From NCBI GenBank assembly GCA_903919925.1, contig CAIXKO010000012.1:1-54659 (forward strand): a stretch of DNA of 54,659 bases. Reading direction: 5' to 3'. Both the position numbers and the translations under genes were made by a program. The notes under the pieces are model-generated. The model searched no databases. It was not told the DNA's origin and saw nothing but the letters and a program-made list of their open reading frames with translations. Of the stretch, positions 28,926 through 36,874 are shown piece after piece (the first letter of the stretch is position 1; every line of letters begins with the position of its first letter). Source of the DNA: an uncultured Bacteroidota bacterium (lineage in GTDB: Bacteria; Bacteroidota; Bacteroidia; Bacteroidales; UBA12481).

Positions 28926-30422
28926 ATGGAAACCCATCTGATCAGTCCTAAGAGGCTTACCTTGTCAATTATTAAAGATATAATCAGCAAGCCCACTCAA
29001 CTGGTTTTGTCAGAAGAAGCCAGGAAAAAAATTGTACGTTGCCGGGAATACCTCGATCGTAAGATTAACATGGATTCCGATCCTATCTACGGAGTGACCA
29101 CTGGATTCGGTGCTCTTCACAATAAAATTATCCCAACAAAGGATCTTCGGACTTTGCAGCTTAACCTGGTAAGATCCCATGCATGTGGCACGGGAGAACC
29201 AGTGCCTAAGTCGATAGTTAAAATCATGCTCTTGCTGAAGATACAGTCTCTTTCTTATGGCCATTCAGGAGTCCAGCTTTTAACGGTACTTCGGCTTATC
29301 GATCTGTTCAACTTTGATATTCTCCCTGTAGTTTATCAACAAGGTTCTTTAGGTGCCTCAGGTGATTTAGCGCCTCTGGCTCATCTTTCTTTGCCCTTAA
29401 TAGGCGAAGGTGAAGTTTGGCTTAATGATTCAAAAGTTCCAGCCAAGGTTCTACTCCTGAAATTTGGCCTTGATCCCGTTGAACTTCAAGCCAAGGAGGG
29501 ACTTGCGCTCCTTAATGGAACTCAGTTTATGAGTGCGTACGGTGTTTGGAACCTCATCAATGGTTTCCATTTATATTCATGGTCCAACTTGATAGCCTCT
29601 TTATCCCTTGATGCTTTTGATGGACGAATTGAACCATTCATATCAATTATACAGGAAATCCGCCCTCATCCCGGCCAGGTAAATGCGGCAAGGCAAGTTT
29701 TTAACTATCTAACCGATAGTGAATTAATTCACAGAAAGAAATCTCAGGTTCAAGATCCCTATTCCTTTCGATGCGTTCCTCAAGTACACGGTGCAACAAA
29801 AGATGCTCTTGATTATGCCGCAACAGTATTTTCCCGGGAGATAAATGCCGTTACTGATAATCCAACCATATTCCCTGAAGAGGATTTGGTAATCTCTGCT
29901 GGTAATTTTCATGGCCAACCTTTGGCAATAGCATTTGACCTCATGGGAATTGCTCTTGCAGAATTGGGGAACATCTCCGAAAGAAGAATTTATCAGCTAA
30001 TTTCCGGAACTCGAAATCTGCCTCCTTTCCTTGTGGCTGAACCTGGGTTAAATTCCGGCTTGATGATTCCTCAATACACCGCTGCATCACTGGTCAGCCA
30101 AAACAAACAATTGGCAACACCAGCGTCGGTTGATTCCATTGAATCATCTAATGGTCAGGAGGATCATGTTAGTATGGGAGCAAACGCCGCTACAAAAACA
30201 TACCGTATAATCACCAACCTTGAAACAATACTGGCTATCGAACTAATGAATGCCGCCCAAGCTATTGAATTCAGGCGCCCCGCCAAAAGTTCTTCGAAAG
30301 TTGAAAAATTGCTTGCAAAATATAGGGAAATAGTCCCTTTTATTCAAAACGACGAGATACTCTATCCGCACATTGGCAATTCAGCTGATTTTCTCAGAAA
30401 GGTTAATCCAGAGGATCTTTAA
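28926..30422 (+). CDS. hutH: histidine ammonia-lyase
   Basis: YGVTTGFG, SH specificity pair (VRSHACG), MIO-forming GASGD, QDPYSFRC, NFHG, QEDHVSMG. Confidence 0.95.
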   Translation: METHLISPKRLTLSIIKDIISKPTQLVLSEEARKKIVRCREYLDRKINMDSDPIYGVTTGFGALHNKIIPTKDLRTLQLNLVRSHACGTGEPVPKSIVKIMLLLKIQSLSYGHSGVQLLTVLRLIDLFNFDILPVVYQQGSLGASGDLAPLAHLSLPLIGEGEVWLNDSKVPAKVLLLKFGLDPVELQAKEGLALLNGTQFMSAYGVWNLINGFHLYSWSNLIASLSLDAFDGRIEPFISIIQEIRPHPGQVNAARQVFNYLTDSELIHRKKSQVQDPYSFRCVPQVHGATKDALDYAATVFSREINAVTDNPTIFPEEDLVISAGNFHGQPLAIAFDLMGIALAELGNISERRIYQLISGTRNLPPFLVAEPGLNSGLMIPQYTAASLVSQNKQLATPASVDSIESSNGQEDHVSMGANAATKTYRIITNLETILAIELMNAAQAIEFRRPAKSSSKVEKLLAKYREIVPFIQNDEILYPHIGNSADFLRKVNPEDL

Positions 30423-30903
30423 TACCTTCCCTTCCAGCCCCTCTTGTGTTTCCAGGACTCCTTCCATCACGGATTTGATTGAGCATGTGATTCATGAATT
30501 CTTGCTCAATCCTATTTAGTCGCAAAACTTTCTTGATGGGGAGTACTGCCTTCAACCGGATAAAATAATCCTTTTTTAACTGTGCAAGCTTTATCTCCTG
30601 ATCAAGAATATCATTAAGCATATTGCTCATTTGATCCTCCGATAACTGACTGGGATCAAAGTCTTTGTGCATTTTTTCACGTTTTCCCCACATCAATTCT
30701 TCCCTTTTATCAAGGTACTCGTTATAGACTGGCCAGAATTTCTCAGCTTCCTCTACCGAAAGCTCGAGCTTTTCTGTTAAAAATGATACCCGCTCAGCCT
30801 TCATCTTTGTCATTGCTTCCTGAAATCGCGATGGCTCATTCTGTCCAAATGAAAATACCGTGATCAGTAGCATGTAGATCATTATCCAACCTCTTGTTTT
30901 CAT
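30403..30903 (-). CDS. periplasmic helical (Spy/CpxP-like) protein of the ECF sigma locus
   Basis: Signal peptide, L.L..EEAEKFWPVYNEY motif, third gene after sigma and anti-sigma. Confidence 0.7.
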   Translation of the reverse strand: MKTRGWIMIYMLLITVFSFGQNEPSRFQEAMTKMKAERVSFLTEKLELSVEEAEKFWPVYNEYLDKREELMWGKREKMHKDFDPSQLSEDQMSNMLNDILDQEIKLAQLKKDYFIRLKAVLPIKKVLRLNRIEQEFMNHMLNQIRDGRSPGNTRGAGREGIKDPLD

Positions 30904-30914
30904 AGTGAAAATTA

Positions 30915-31355
30915 TTAAAAACCTACCGATTGATAAATGTATTCCTCGGCAAGATCCGGATCCATTTGTATAAGTTCATTCACTTCAGCAGAGACCTGCT
31001 TTTTTAAATCAATTTTGTTGTCCTCCATATAACCAGCCAATTGACCTTCGTGGAATTCAGCTCCATAAAAATCGACAAACAGTGCAATATTCTCCTGAAA
31101 TCTCACCTCCTGCAAAGGCTCCCAATAGTAAGCCCGAACGCCAAACCAGCCAATAATGATAGCAGCTGCAATTCCTGAAACCCATGCCATCCATGGTTTT
31201 ATCAATCGTTGCTTTTTTAATGGTTCTATACTTACCTCTTGAGTTAACCGCTCCATCATCCGATCCGGAAAACCGGCAAAATACCCTTCAGGAACCGTGT
31301 ACTGATCCTTTCGGTACTGCTCATCTTCCCAAAAATAATTCTTTGTTTTCATCAT
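30915..31355 (-). CDS. putative single-TM anti-sigma factor
   Basis: VPEGYF motif, one TM helix (WVSGIAAAIIIGWFG), directly downstream of the ECF sigma. Confidence 0.72.
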   Translation of the reverse strand: MMKTKNYFWEDEQYRKDQYTVPEGYFAGFPDRMMERLTQEVSIEPLKKQRLIKPWMAWVSGIAAAIIIGWFGVRAYYWEPLQEVRFQENIALFVDFYGAEFHEGQLAGYMEDNKIDLKKQVSAEVNELIQMDPDLAEEYIYQSVGF

Positions 31356-31371
31356 TTTGCTCTCCAGGTTT

Positions 31372-31399
31372 TTAGACTAGGATAAACCTGTTCGGTTTA
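31372..31399 (-). promoter_or_regulatory. candidate ECF sigma promoter TAAACC-N16-GTCTAA overlapping the sigma stop codon
   Basis: ECF-like AAC -35 and GTC -10 with 16-nt spacer, 16 bp upstream of the anti-sigma start. Confidence 0.5.
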
Positions 31400-31948
31400 A
31401 TCAGTTGCTTCAAAAGCTCCTTGTATCTTGCGCACAGCATGAAAATAGGATGCCTTTAATGCACCAACTGAGGTTCCTAGTATCCCTGCCATATCCTCGT
31501 AAGTCATTTCATCAAAGTATTTCATCTGAAAAACTGTTTTTTGCTTTGGTGGTAAATGATCAATTGCTATTAAAAGCTTCTGAAACAATTCATCACCATT
31601 AAAATACGGGTCAGATTTCAGGCGATCCTTGATAACATTATCCGGGTCATCAGCAATCATAGCTCTTTCTCGCTGACGAGCCTTTAAAAAGGTGATGGCT
31701 TCATTTGTGGCTATCCGGTACATCCAGGTAAACAAACCGGAAGTTTCCCTAAATCCGGGTAATCCTTTCCAGATTTTGATAAAAGTATTCTGCAGCACAT
31801 CATCAGTATCTTCATGTGCTAGTAACATTCTCCTGATGTGCCAGTATAGCTTCTCCTGATACTTTGCCAGAATCAACCGAAAAGCACGATCTCTTTGACG
31901 AGGATCGCGGAATTGAACAATTAATTCGGCATCATTGGTTCGATCCAT
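31397..31948 (-). CDS. ECF RNA polymerase sigma-70 factor
   Basis: Region 2 (DDVLQNTFIKIW...FTWMYRIATN) and region 4 (LPPKQK...MTYEDMAGILGTSVGALKASY). Confidence 0.93.
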   Translation of the reverse strand: MDRTNDAELIVQFRDPRQRDRAFRLILAKYQEKLYWHIRRMLLAHEDTDDVLQNTFIKIWKGLPGFRETSGLFTWMYRIATNEAITFLKARQRERAMIADDPDNVIKDRLKSDPYFNGDELFQKLLIAIDHLPPKQKTVFQMKYFDEMTYEDMAGILGTSVGALKASYFHAVRKIQGAFEATD

Positions 31949-33989
31949 TCAGCCCTCCAACAAGAAGCAAAACCTGATTGACCACATTTTTTGCAGTAAA
32001 CCCGAACTTTTCATCCAGAATTTCTGCAGGAGCTGAAAAGCCAAAATGATCCAACCCCCAAATCTGGCCATTGGATCCAACCAATCCCTGGAGGGTAACT
32101 GGTAATCCGGCGGTCAAACCAAATACTTGGGTAAAAGGAGGAATTACCTCGCTTTGGTAAGCCCTATCTTGTTCTCGAAACAAACCTTCCGAAGGAACTG
32201 ACACAACCTGAACCTCTAAGTTATATTCATTCTTTAAAATACCAGAAGCCTCCACCAAAGTAGCCACCTCAGAACCATTTCCTATCAAAATTACTTTGGG
32301 ATTCAACCCTGTTTTGCACACAATATACGCCCCGGATAAGGCTTTGTTGGCAGACTCAATCCTGGTGACCCCTTCTGCGGATGGAAGATCCTGAATATTT
32401 TGCCTTGACAAAAGAAGGGCTGTAGGAGTTCCTGTATTGTTCAATGCCATTTTCCAGGAAATAACAGATTCGGCGGAATCTGCTGGCCGCAACACTAACA
32501 TCGAAGGGTTGCCCGAATGATTACGAAGTTTTTCGAGTAATCTGATTTGCGCTTCCTGCTCCACAGGCTGATGAGTCGGGCCATCTTCCCCTACACGAAA
32601 AGCATCATGTGTCCATACATAAATCACCTGCAACTCCATTAATGCAGCAAGTCGAACTGCGGGTTTCATGTAATCTGAGAAAACAAAAAATGTTCCACAA
32701 ACCGGAATGATACCGCCATGAAGGGCTATCCCATTCGCAATTGAAGCCATCGTCAATTCAGATACTCCGGCATGTAAAAAAGATCCTCCAAAACTATGAT
32801 ACTCCAATGCCTTTGTATTTTTCAAGAATACATCTGTCTTATCAGAATTTGCAAGATCTGCAGACATAACCACCAGATTCTCGATCTGCTTCCCAAGCTC
32901 AGCAAGAACCGAGCCGGAGGATTCCCTGGTCGATAGATTAGCTTTCATCTGGAAGTTTCCCCAATCAATTGATGGTGCTTTTTTGTCCAGCCAGCTATCC
33001 ATTCTGCTCTTCAATTCGGGATTCAGTTTTGCCCATTCCACTCCGGCAGCTTTTCGTTGCGCCACCTTATCACACTTATCATCAAGCTTGCCTTGATAAT
33101 ACTCAGCTACCTCAGGAAAAATGTGGAAAGGATCCGATGGCTCTCCTCCAAGATTCCTGATAGTAGCCTCAAAAGAGGCTCCCGCTTTACTGATGGGTTG
33201 ACCATGAGTCGAAGTTTTCCCTTCAAAAAGATGACCGCTAGAATCCATACAACCTTTACCCATTATGGTTTTCCCAATAATCAAAACAGGCTTGTTGGTT
33301 TCCGAAACCGCGTCAGAAAGAGCTTTGCGTATCTCATCTTGATTATTGCCATTAATGGTTATCACCCGCCACCCCCATGACTGATACTTCATGCTGGTAT
33401 CTTCACGGGTTACTGCAGAAGTTTCGGTTGATAACTGGATATCATTGGAATCAAAAAACATGATTAGGTTCTTAAGACCAAGGTACCCGGCAATTCGGCC
33501 TGCTCCCTGGGAGATCTCCTCCTGAATTCCACCATCAGAAATATAAGTGTAAATCTTATGTGAGGTCCATTCTCCAAACCGGTCAGCAAATATCCTCTCT
33601 GCTATAGCGGCTCCAACGGCCATCGTGTGGCCTTGGCCCAACGGACCACTTGTGTTTTCAATGCCTCGACCAGGTTCTACCTCGGGGTGGCCGGGGGTAT
33701 GACTTCCCCATTGTCTGAAATTCTTCAAATCATCCATGTCGTAGGATCCTGTCAGTGACAAAATCGAATATAACATAGGTGACATATGCCCTGGATCCAG
33801 GAAAAAACGATCCCTGAATGGCCATAACCTATCTGATGGATCGAATATTAAAAACTCTGAAAAAAGTACATTAATAAAGTCAGCTCCTCCCATCGCACCC
33901 CCTGGATGGCCTGATTTTGCTCTCTCTACCATTGAAGCCGATAATATCCGAATGTTATCCGCCGCCCGATCAATTACTTGTTTGTTCAT
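31932..33989 (-). CDS. tkt: transketolase
   Basis: SGHPGGAMG, TPGHPE, SGPLGQG, SDGGIQE, GEDGPTHQP; start moved to MNKQVID (33989). Confidence 0.95.
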   Translation of the reverse strand: MNKQVIDRAADNIRILSASMVERAKSGHPGGAMGGADFINVLFSEFLIFDPSDRLWPFRDRFFLDPGHMSPMLYSILSLTGSYDMDDLKNFRQWGSHTPGHPEVEPGRGIENTSGPLGQGHTMAVGAAIAERIFADRFGEWTSHKIYTYISDGGIQEEISQGAGRIAGYLGLKNLIMFFDSNDIQLSTETSAVTREDTSMKYQSWGWRVITINGNNQDEIRKALSDAVSETNKPVLIIGKTIMGKGCMDSSGHLFEGKTSTHGQPISKAGASFEATIRNLGGEPSDPFHIFPEVAEYYQGKLDDKCDKVAQRKAAGVEWAKLNPELKSRMDSWLDKKAPSIDWGNFQMKANLSTRESSGSVLAELGKQIENLVVMSADLANSDKTDVFLKNTKALEYHSFGGSFLHAGVSELTMASIANGIALHGGIIPVCGTFFVFSDYMKPAVRLAALMELQVIYVWTHDAFRVGEDGPTHQPVEQEAQIRLLEKLRNHSGNPSMLVLRPADSAESVISWKMALNNTGTPTALLLSRQNIQDLPSAEGVTRIESANKALSGAYIVCKTGLNPKVILIGNGSEVATLVEASGILKNEYNLEVQVVSVPSEGLFREQDRAYQSEVIPPFTQVFGLTAGLPVTLQGLVGSNGQIWGLDHFGFSAPAEILDEKFGFTAKNVVNQVLLLVGGLNGSNQ

Positions 33990-34040
33990 ATATATATGTA
34001 TCAAGGTTTCTAAGTAACAAAGCGAAAATAGCAATTTTTT

Positions 34041-34048
34041 TACCTTTG
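34041..34048 (+). promoter_or_regulatory. -7 promoter element (TACCTTTG) for ychF
   Basis: Exact TAnnTTTG match followed by CA, 18 bp before ATG 34067. Confidence 0.7.
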
Positions 34049-34066
34049 CAGACTAATAAAAAACCT

Positions 34067-35164
34067 ATGGGACTAAAATGCGGCATTATTGGGATTACAA
34101 ATACCGGGAAAACAACCCTGTTTAACTGTATCTCTGAAACAAAAGTAGCTACCAGCAATTTCGCTTTTAGCACCAACAAGTCAAATCTTGGCCAGGTAAA
34201 AGTACCTGACGATCGGCTCCTAAAACTCGATTCCCTCATACATTCCGCCAGGGTAATGCCTACTACCGTGGACATTGTTGATATTCCTGGTTTAACTAAA
34301 GGGTCCTCAAAGGGCGAAGGTGTCGGAAATAGCTTTCTTGCCGACATCCGCAATTGTGATGCCCTAATCCATGTTGTTCGTTGTTTCGATGATCCCAATC
34401 TACCTCATATCGATACGACCATCAACCCGGTCCGTGATCGGGAAACCATCGATCTGGAACTGCAGATCAAGGATTTAGATGCCATCGATAAAAGAATTTT
34501 AAAACTCGAAAAGGCAGCGCGAACTGGTGATAAGGCTTCTAAGCATGGATTAGATGTGGTCAATGGGATAAAAGCACACCTGGAAGATTTTAAGAATGTA
34601 AGAACCCTTAACCTTTCTCCCGAAGAGTTGGAACACATTAGCGATTTATGCCTGCTATCCTTAAAACCTGTTATTTACGTTTGCAATGTTGATGAAAAAT
34701 CTGCAATTAGCGGAAATTCATACTCTGATCGGTTTATCGAATCTGTAAAAGATGAAAAAGGTGAAACTCTAATTATTGCGGCTAAGGCGGAATCAGATAT
34801 TGCTGAATTGGAAGACATGGAAGACCGTTTGGCATTTTTATCCGAACTAAAGCTGAATGAACCAGGAGTAAATAAGCTGATACGTTCTGCATTTTCAATA
34901 CTAAACCTCGATGTGTTCTTTACAGCCGGTCCAAAGGAAGTCAGGGCTTGGACTATCCGGAGGGGTGCCACGGCCCCTGAGGCTGCTGGTGTAATTCACT
35001 CTGATCTACAAAGAGGATTCATCAGGGCCGAGGTGATTAAATATAAGGACTACATCTCCTACAAAACAGAAGCTGCTTGCCGCGATGCCGGAAAACTGTT
35101 TATTGAAGGAAAAAACTACATTGTCGAAGACGGAGATGTACTCCACATACGTTTTAATGTCTGA
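34067..35164 (+). CDS. ychF: YchF/Ola1 family ribosome-binding ATPase, divergent
   Basis: G1 GITNTGKT, G3 DIPG, G4 NVDE, TGS domain (FFTAGPKEVRAW...GVIHSD...GFIRAEV); start moved to MGLKCGII. Confidence 0.88.
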   Translation: MGLKCGIIGITNTGKTTLFNCISETKVATSNFAFSTNKSNLGQVKVPDDRLLKLDSLIHSARVMPTTVDIVDIPGLTKGSSKGEGVGNSFLADIRNCDALIHVVRCFDDPNLPHIDTTINPVRDRETIDLELQIKDLDAIDKRILKLEKAARTGDKASKHGLDVVNGIKAHLEDFKNVRTLNLSPEELEHISDLCLLSLKPVIYVCNVDEKSAISGNSYSDRFIESVKDEKGETLIIAAKAESDIAELEDMEDRLAFLSELKLNEPGVNKLIRSAFSILNLDVFFTAGPKEVRAWTIRRGATAPEAAGVIHSDLQRGFIRAEVIKYKDYISYKTEAACRDAGKLFIEGKNYIVEDGDVLHIRFNV

Positions 35165-35178
35165 TAAATACATGAAAT

Positions 35179-36828
35179 ATGCGGAAAAAGCTAAAAATTG
35201 CCTTTACATTATTAAACTTTTTTGGATTTTTTTCACTTTACAATATTGAAGCTCAAACATCTGCGGATAAACCTTCCCTAATTGTCGGCATTGTTGTTGA
35301 TGGGATGAAATATGATTGGATTGAACGCTACTGGAGTCTTTTCAGTGAGGGGGGATTCAAAAAACTGATCCGGCAGGGAACTACCTATACCGACACCTCT
35401 GTTCCATATCTCTTTGCTGACCTCGGATCTTCATGTGCTTCGATATCCACCGGTGCGCCTCCGGCAATTCATGGAATAATTGGTGAAAATTGGTACAGCA
35501 GGCTTCGACGCGAACAGGTTAATTGTACAAAAGATTTTTTGGCAAGATCTATCGGCATTAATAACAACAATGGAAAACACTCTGCTAATCAACTATTATC
35601 CAACACCATAGGAGATCAAATAGTTTTGTCTTCAGATTACAAAGGGAAAGTAATTTCGGTGTCGTTCAGAGCCGAGCCTTCCATTTTGCTAGAGGGTCAT
35701 ATTCCAGGCTCAGCCTATTGGTTTGATGTGCAGTCTGGAAATTGGATTACCAGTTCACAATATGCAAATACTCTACCTTCCTGGGTCACCAGTTTCAATT
35801 CTAGAAATTCGGTAAACGAATACCTGACACGCGATTGGGATCTATTATTGGCCGACATTCTTTATTCCAGCTGCCCACCCGACGATAATGATCTTGAAAC
35901 AGGCTATTTTAACCAATTCAAAACCTTTCCTTTTAAGTTGAGCCGCATTAGAAAAGAAAGCCTTGGCCAGGATAACGAAATATTGGGAATGATGCCATTT
36001 GGAAACACCCTCTCTACTGAATTTGCTTCTGCTGCAATTATTGAGGAAGAACTTGGAAAAGATGATCAAACAGATCTTCTTTGGATTTGCTATTCGGCCA
36101 TCAATCAGATAACCAAATTATTCGGTCCTGATTCCAGAGAAGTAGCAGACGCGCTTCTTAGGCTGGATATGGACATTCAACGGCTTCTTTACCAAATCGA
36201 AGAAACAGTTGGAAAAGAAAAAACACTCGTATTCTTCACATCAACTCATGGCTCCTGCATGGATCCGGACTATAGCAAGGCGCTTAACCTGCCAGGAGGA
36301 TTCTTCCGGTACCAAAATGCAGTGGCACTGTTAAACTCCTACCTGAGTGCTATTTATGGCGAAGGTAACTGGGTTGAGTATTACCGTCTTCATCAATTAT
36401 ACCTGAATGAAACACTTATCGATCAGAAAAACCTCTCTTTTACCATCATTCAGGATCAAGCAGCCCGATTTCTTACACATTTTGATGGTGTTGCAAGAGC
36501 TATTCCAGCCGATCGAATGTTATCGGGAGCTGTAACAAGCCCTTGGGGCAATTTGGTCCAGAACTCCTATAACCCTGACAGAACCGGTGACCTGATTCTC
36601 ATACTTCAGCCTGGTTGGATCGAGGAGGAAAACACAGATAGCGATTCCCGGTCACCATATTCCTACGATACCCATGTTCCACTAACCTGGTATGGATGGA
36701 AAATACCCAAACAAACAATCAACCGCCCCGTGACTGTTCTTGATATTGCCCCAACTTTGTCCCATCTTCTGAATATTTCATCTCCATCAGGAGCAACAGG
36801 CAAAATGCTTTATGACCTGAATAAATAA
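35179..36828 (+). CDS. PafA-like alkaline phosphatase superfamily protein, catalytic residues degenerate
   Basis: Signal peptide, IVGIVVD, GGFKKL, TGAPP..HGIIGENW, TPFGN-like MPFGN, YDTHVPL; nucleophile and most metal ligands substituted. Confidence 0.85.
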   Translation: MRKKLKIAFTLLNFFGFFSLYNIEAQTSADKPSLIVGIVVDGMKYDWIERYWSLFSEGGFKKLIRQGTTYTDTSVPYLFADLGSSCASISTGAPPAIHGIIGENWYSRLRREQVNCTKDFLARSIGINNNNGKHSANQLLSNTIGDQIVLSSDYKGKVISVSFRAEPSILLEGHIPGSAYWFDVQSGNWITSSQYANTLPSWVTSFNSRNSVNEYLTRDWDLLLADILYSSCPPDDNDLETGYFNQFKTFPFKLSRIRKESLGQDNEILGMMPFGNTLSTEFASAAIIEEELGKDDQTDLLWICYSAINQITKLFGPDSREVADALLRLDMDIQRLLYQIEETVGKEKTLVFFTSTHGSCMDPDYSKALNLPGGFFRYQNAVALLNSYLSAIYGEGNWVEYYRLHQLYLNETLIDQKNLSFTIIQDQAARFLTHFDGVARAIPADRMLSGAVTSPWGNLVQNSYNPDRTGDLILILQPGWIEEENTDSDSRSPYSYDTHVPLTWYGWKIPKQTINRPVTVLDIAPTLSHLLNISSPSGATGKMLYDLNK

Positions 36829-36869
36829 AAAAGGCCGTCAGAGATGAATGACGGCCTTAGATCTTTTTT
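36827..36869. terminator. probable bidirectional intrinsic terminator
   Basis: Perfect 10-bp stem AAGGCCGTCA/TGACGGCCTT (36831-36858), A-run on the left and T-run on the right, between convergent genes. Confidence 0.8.
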
Positions 36870-36874
36870 GCGTA

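Noticed and set aside
30403-30422. Convergent 3' overlaps (hutH with the ECF-locus gene, 20 bp; also 41059-41072, 14 bp) as antisense regulation
   Set aside because: Short tail-to-tail overlaps are common in compact genomes and there is no further evidence.
33917-34066. Overlapping N-terminal extensions of ychF and tkt in the ORF track
   Set aside because: Conserved starts are at 34067 and 33989, and a TAnnTTTG promoter lies inside the supposed ychF extension.
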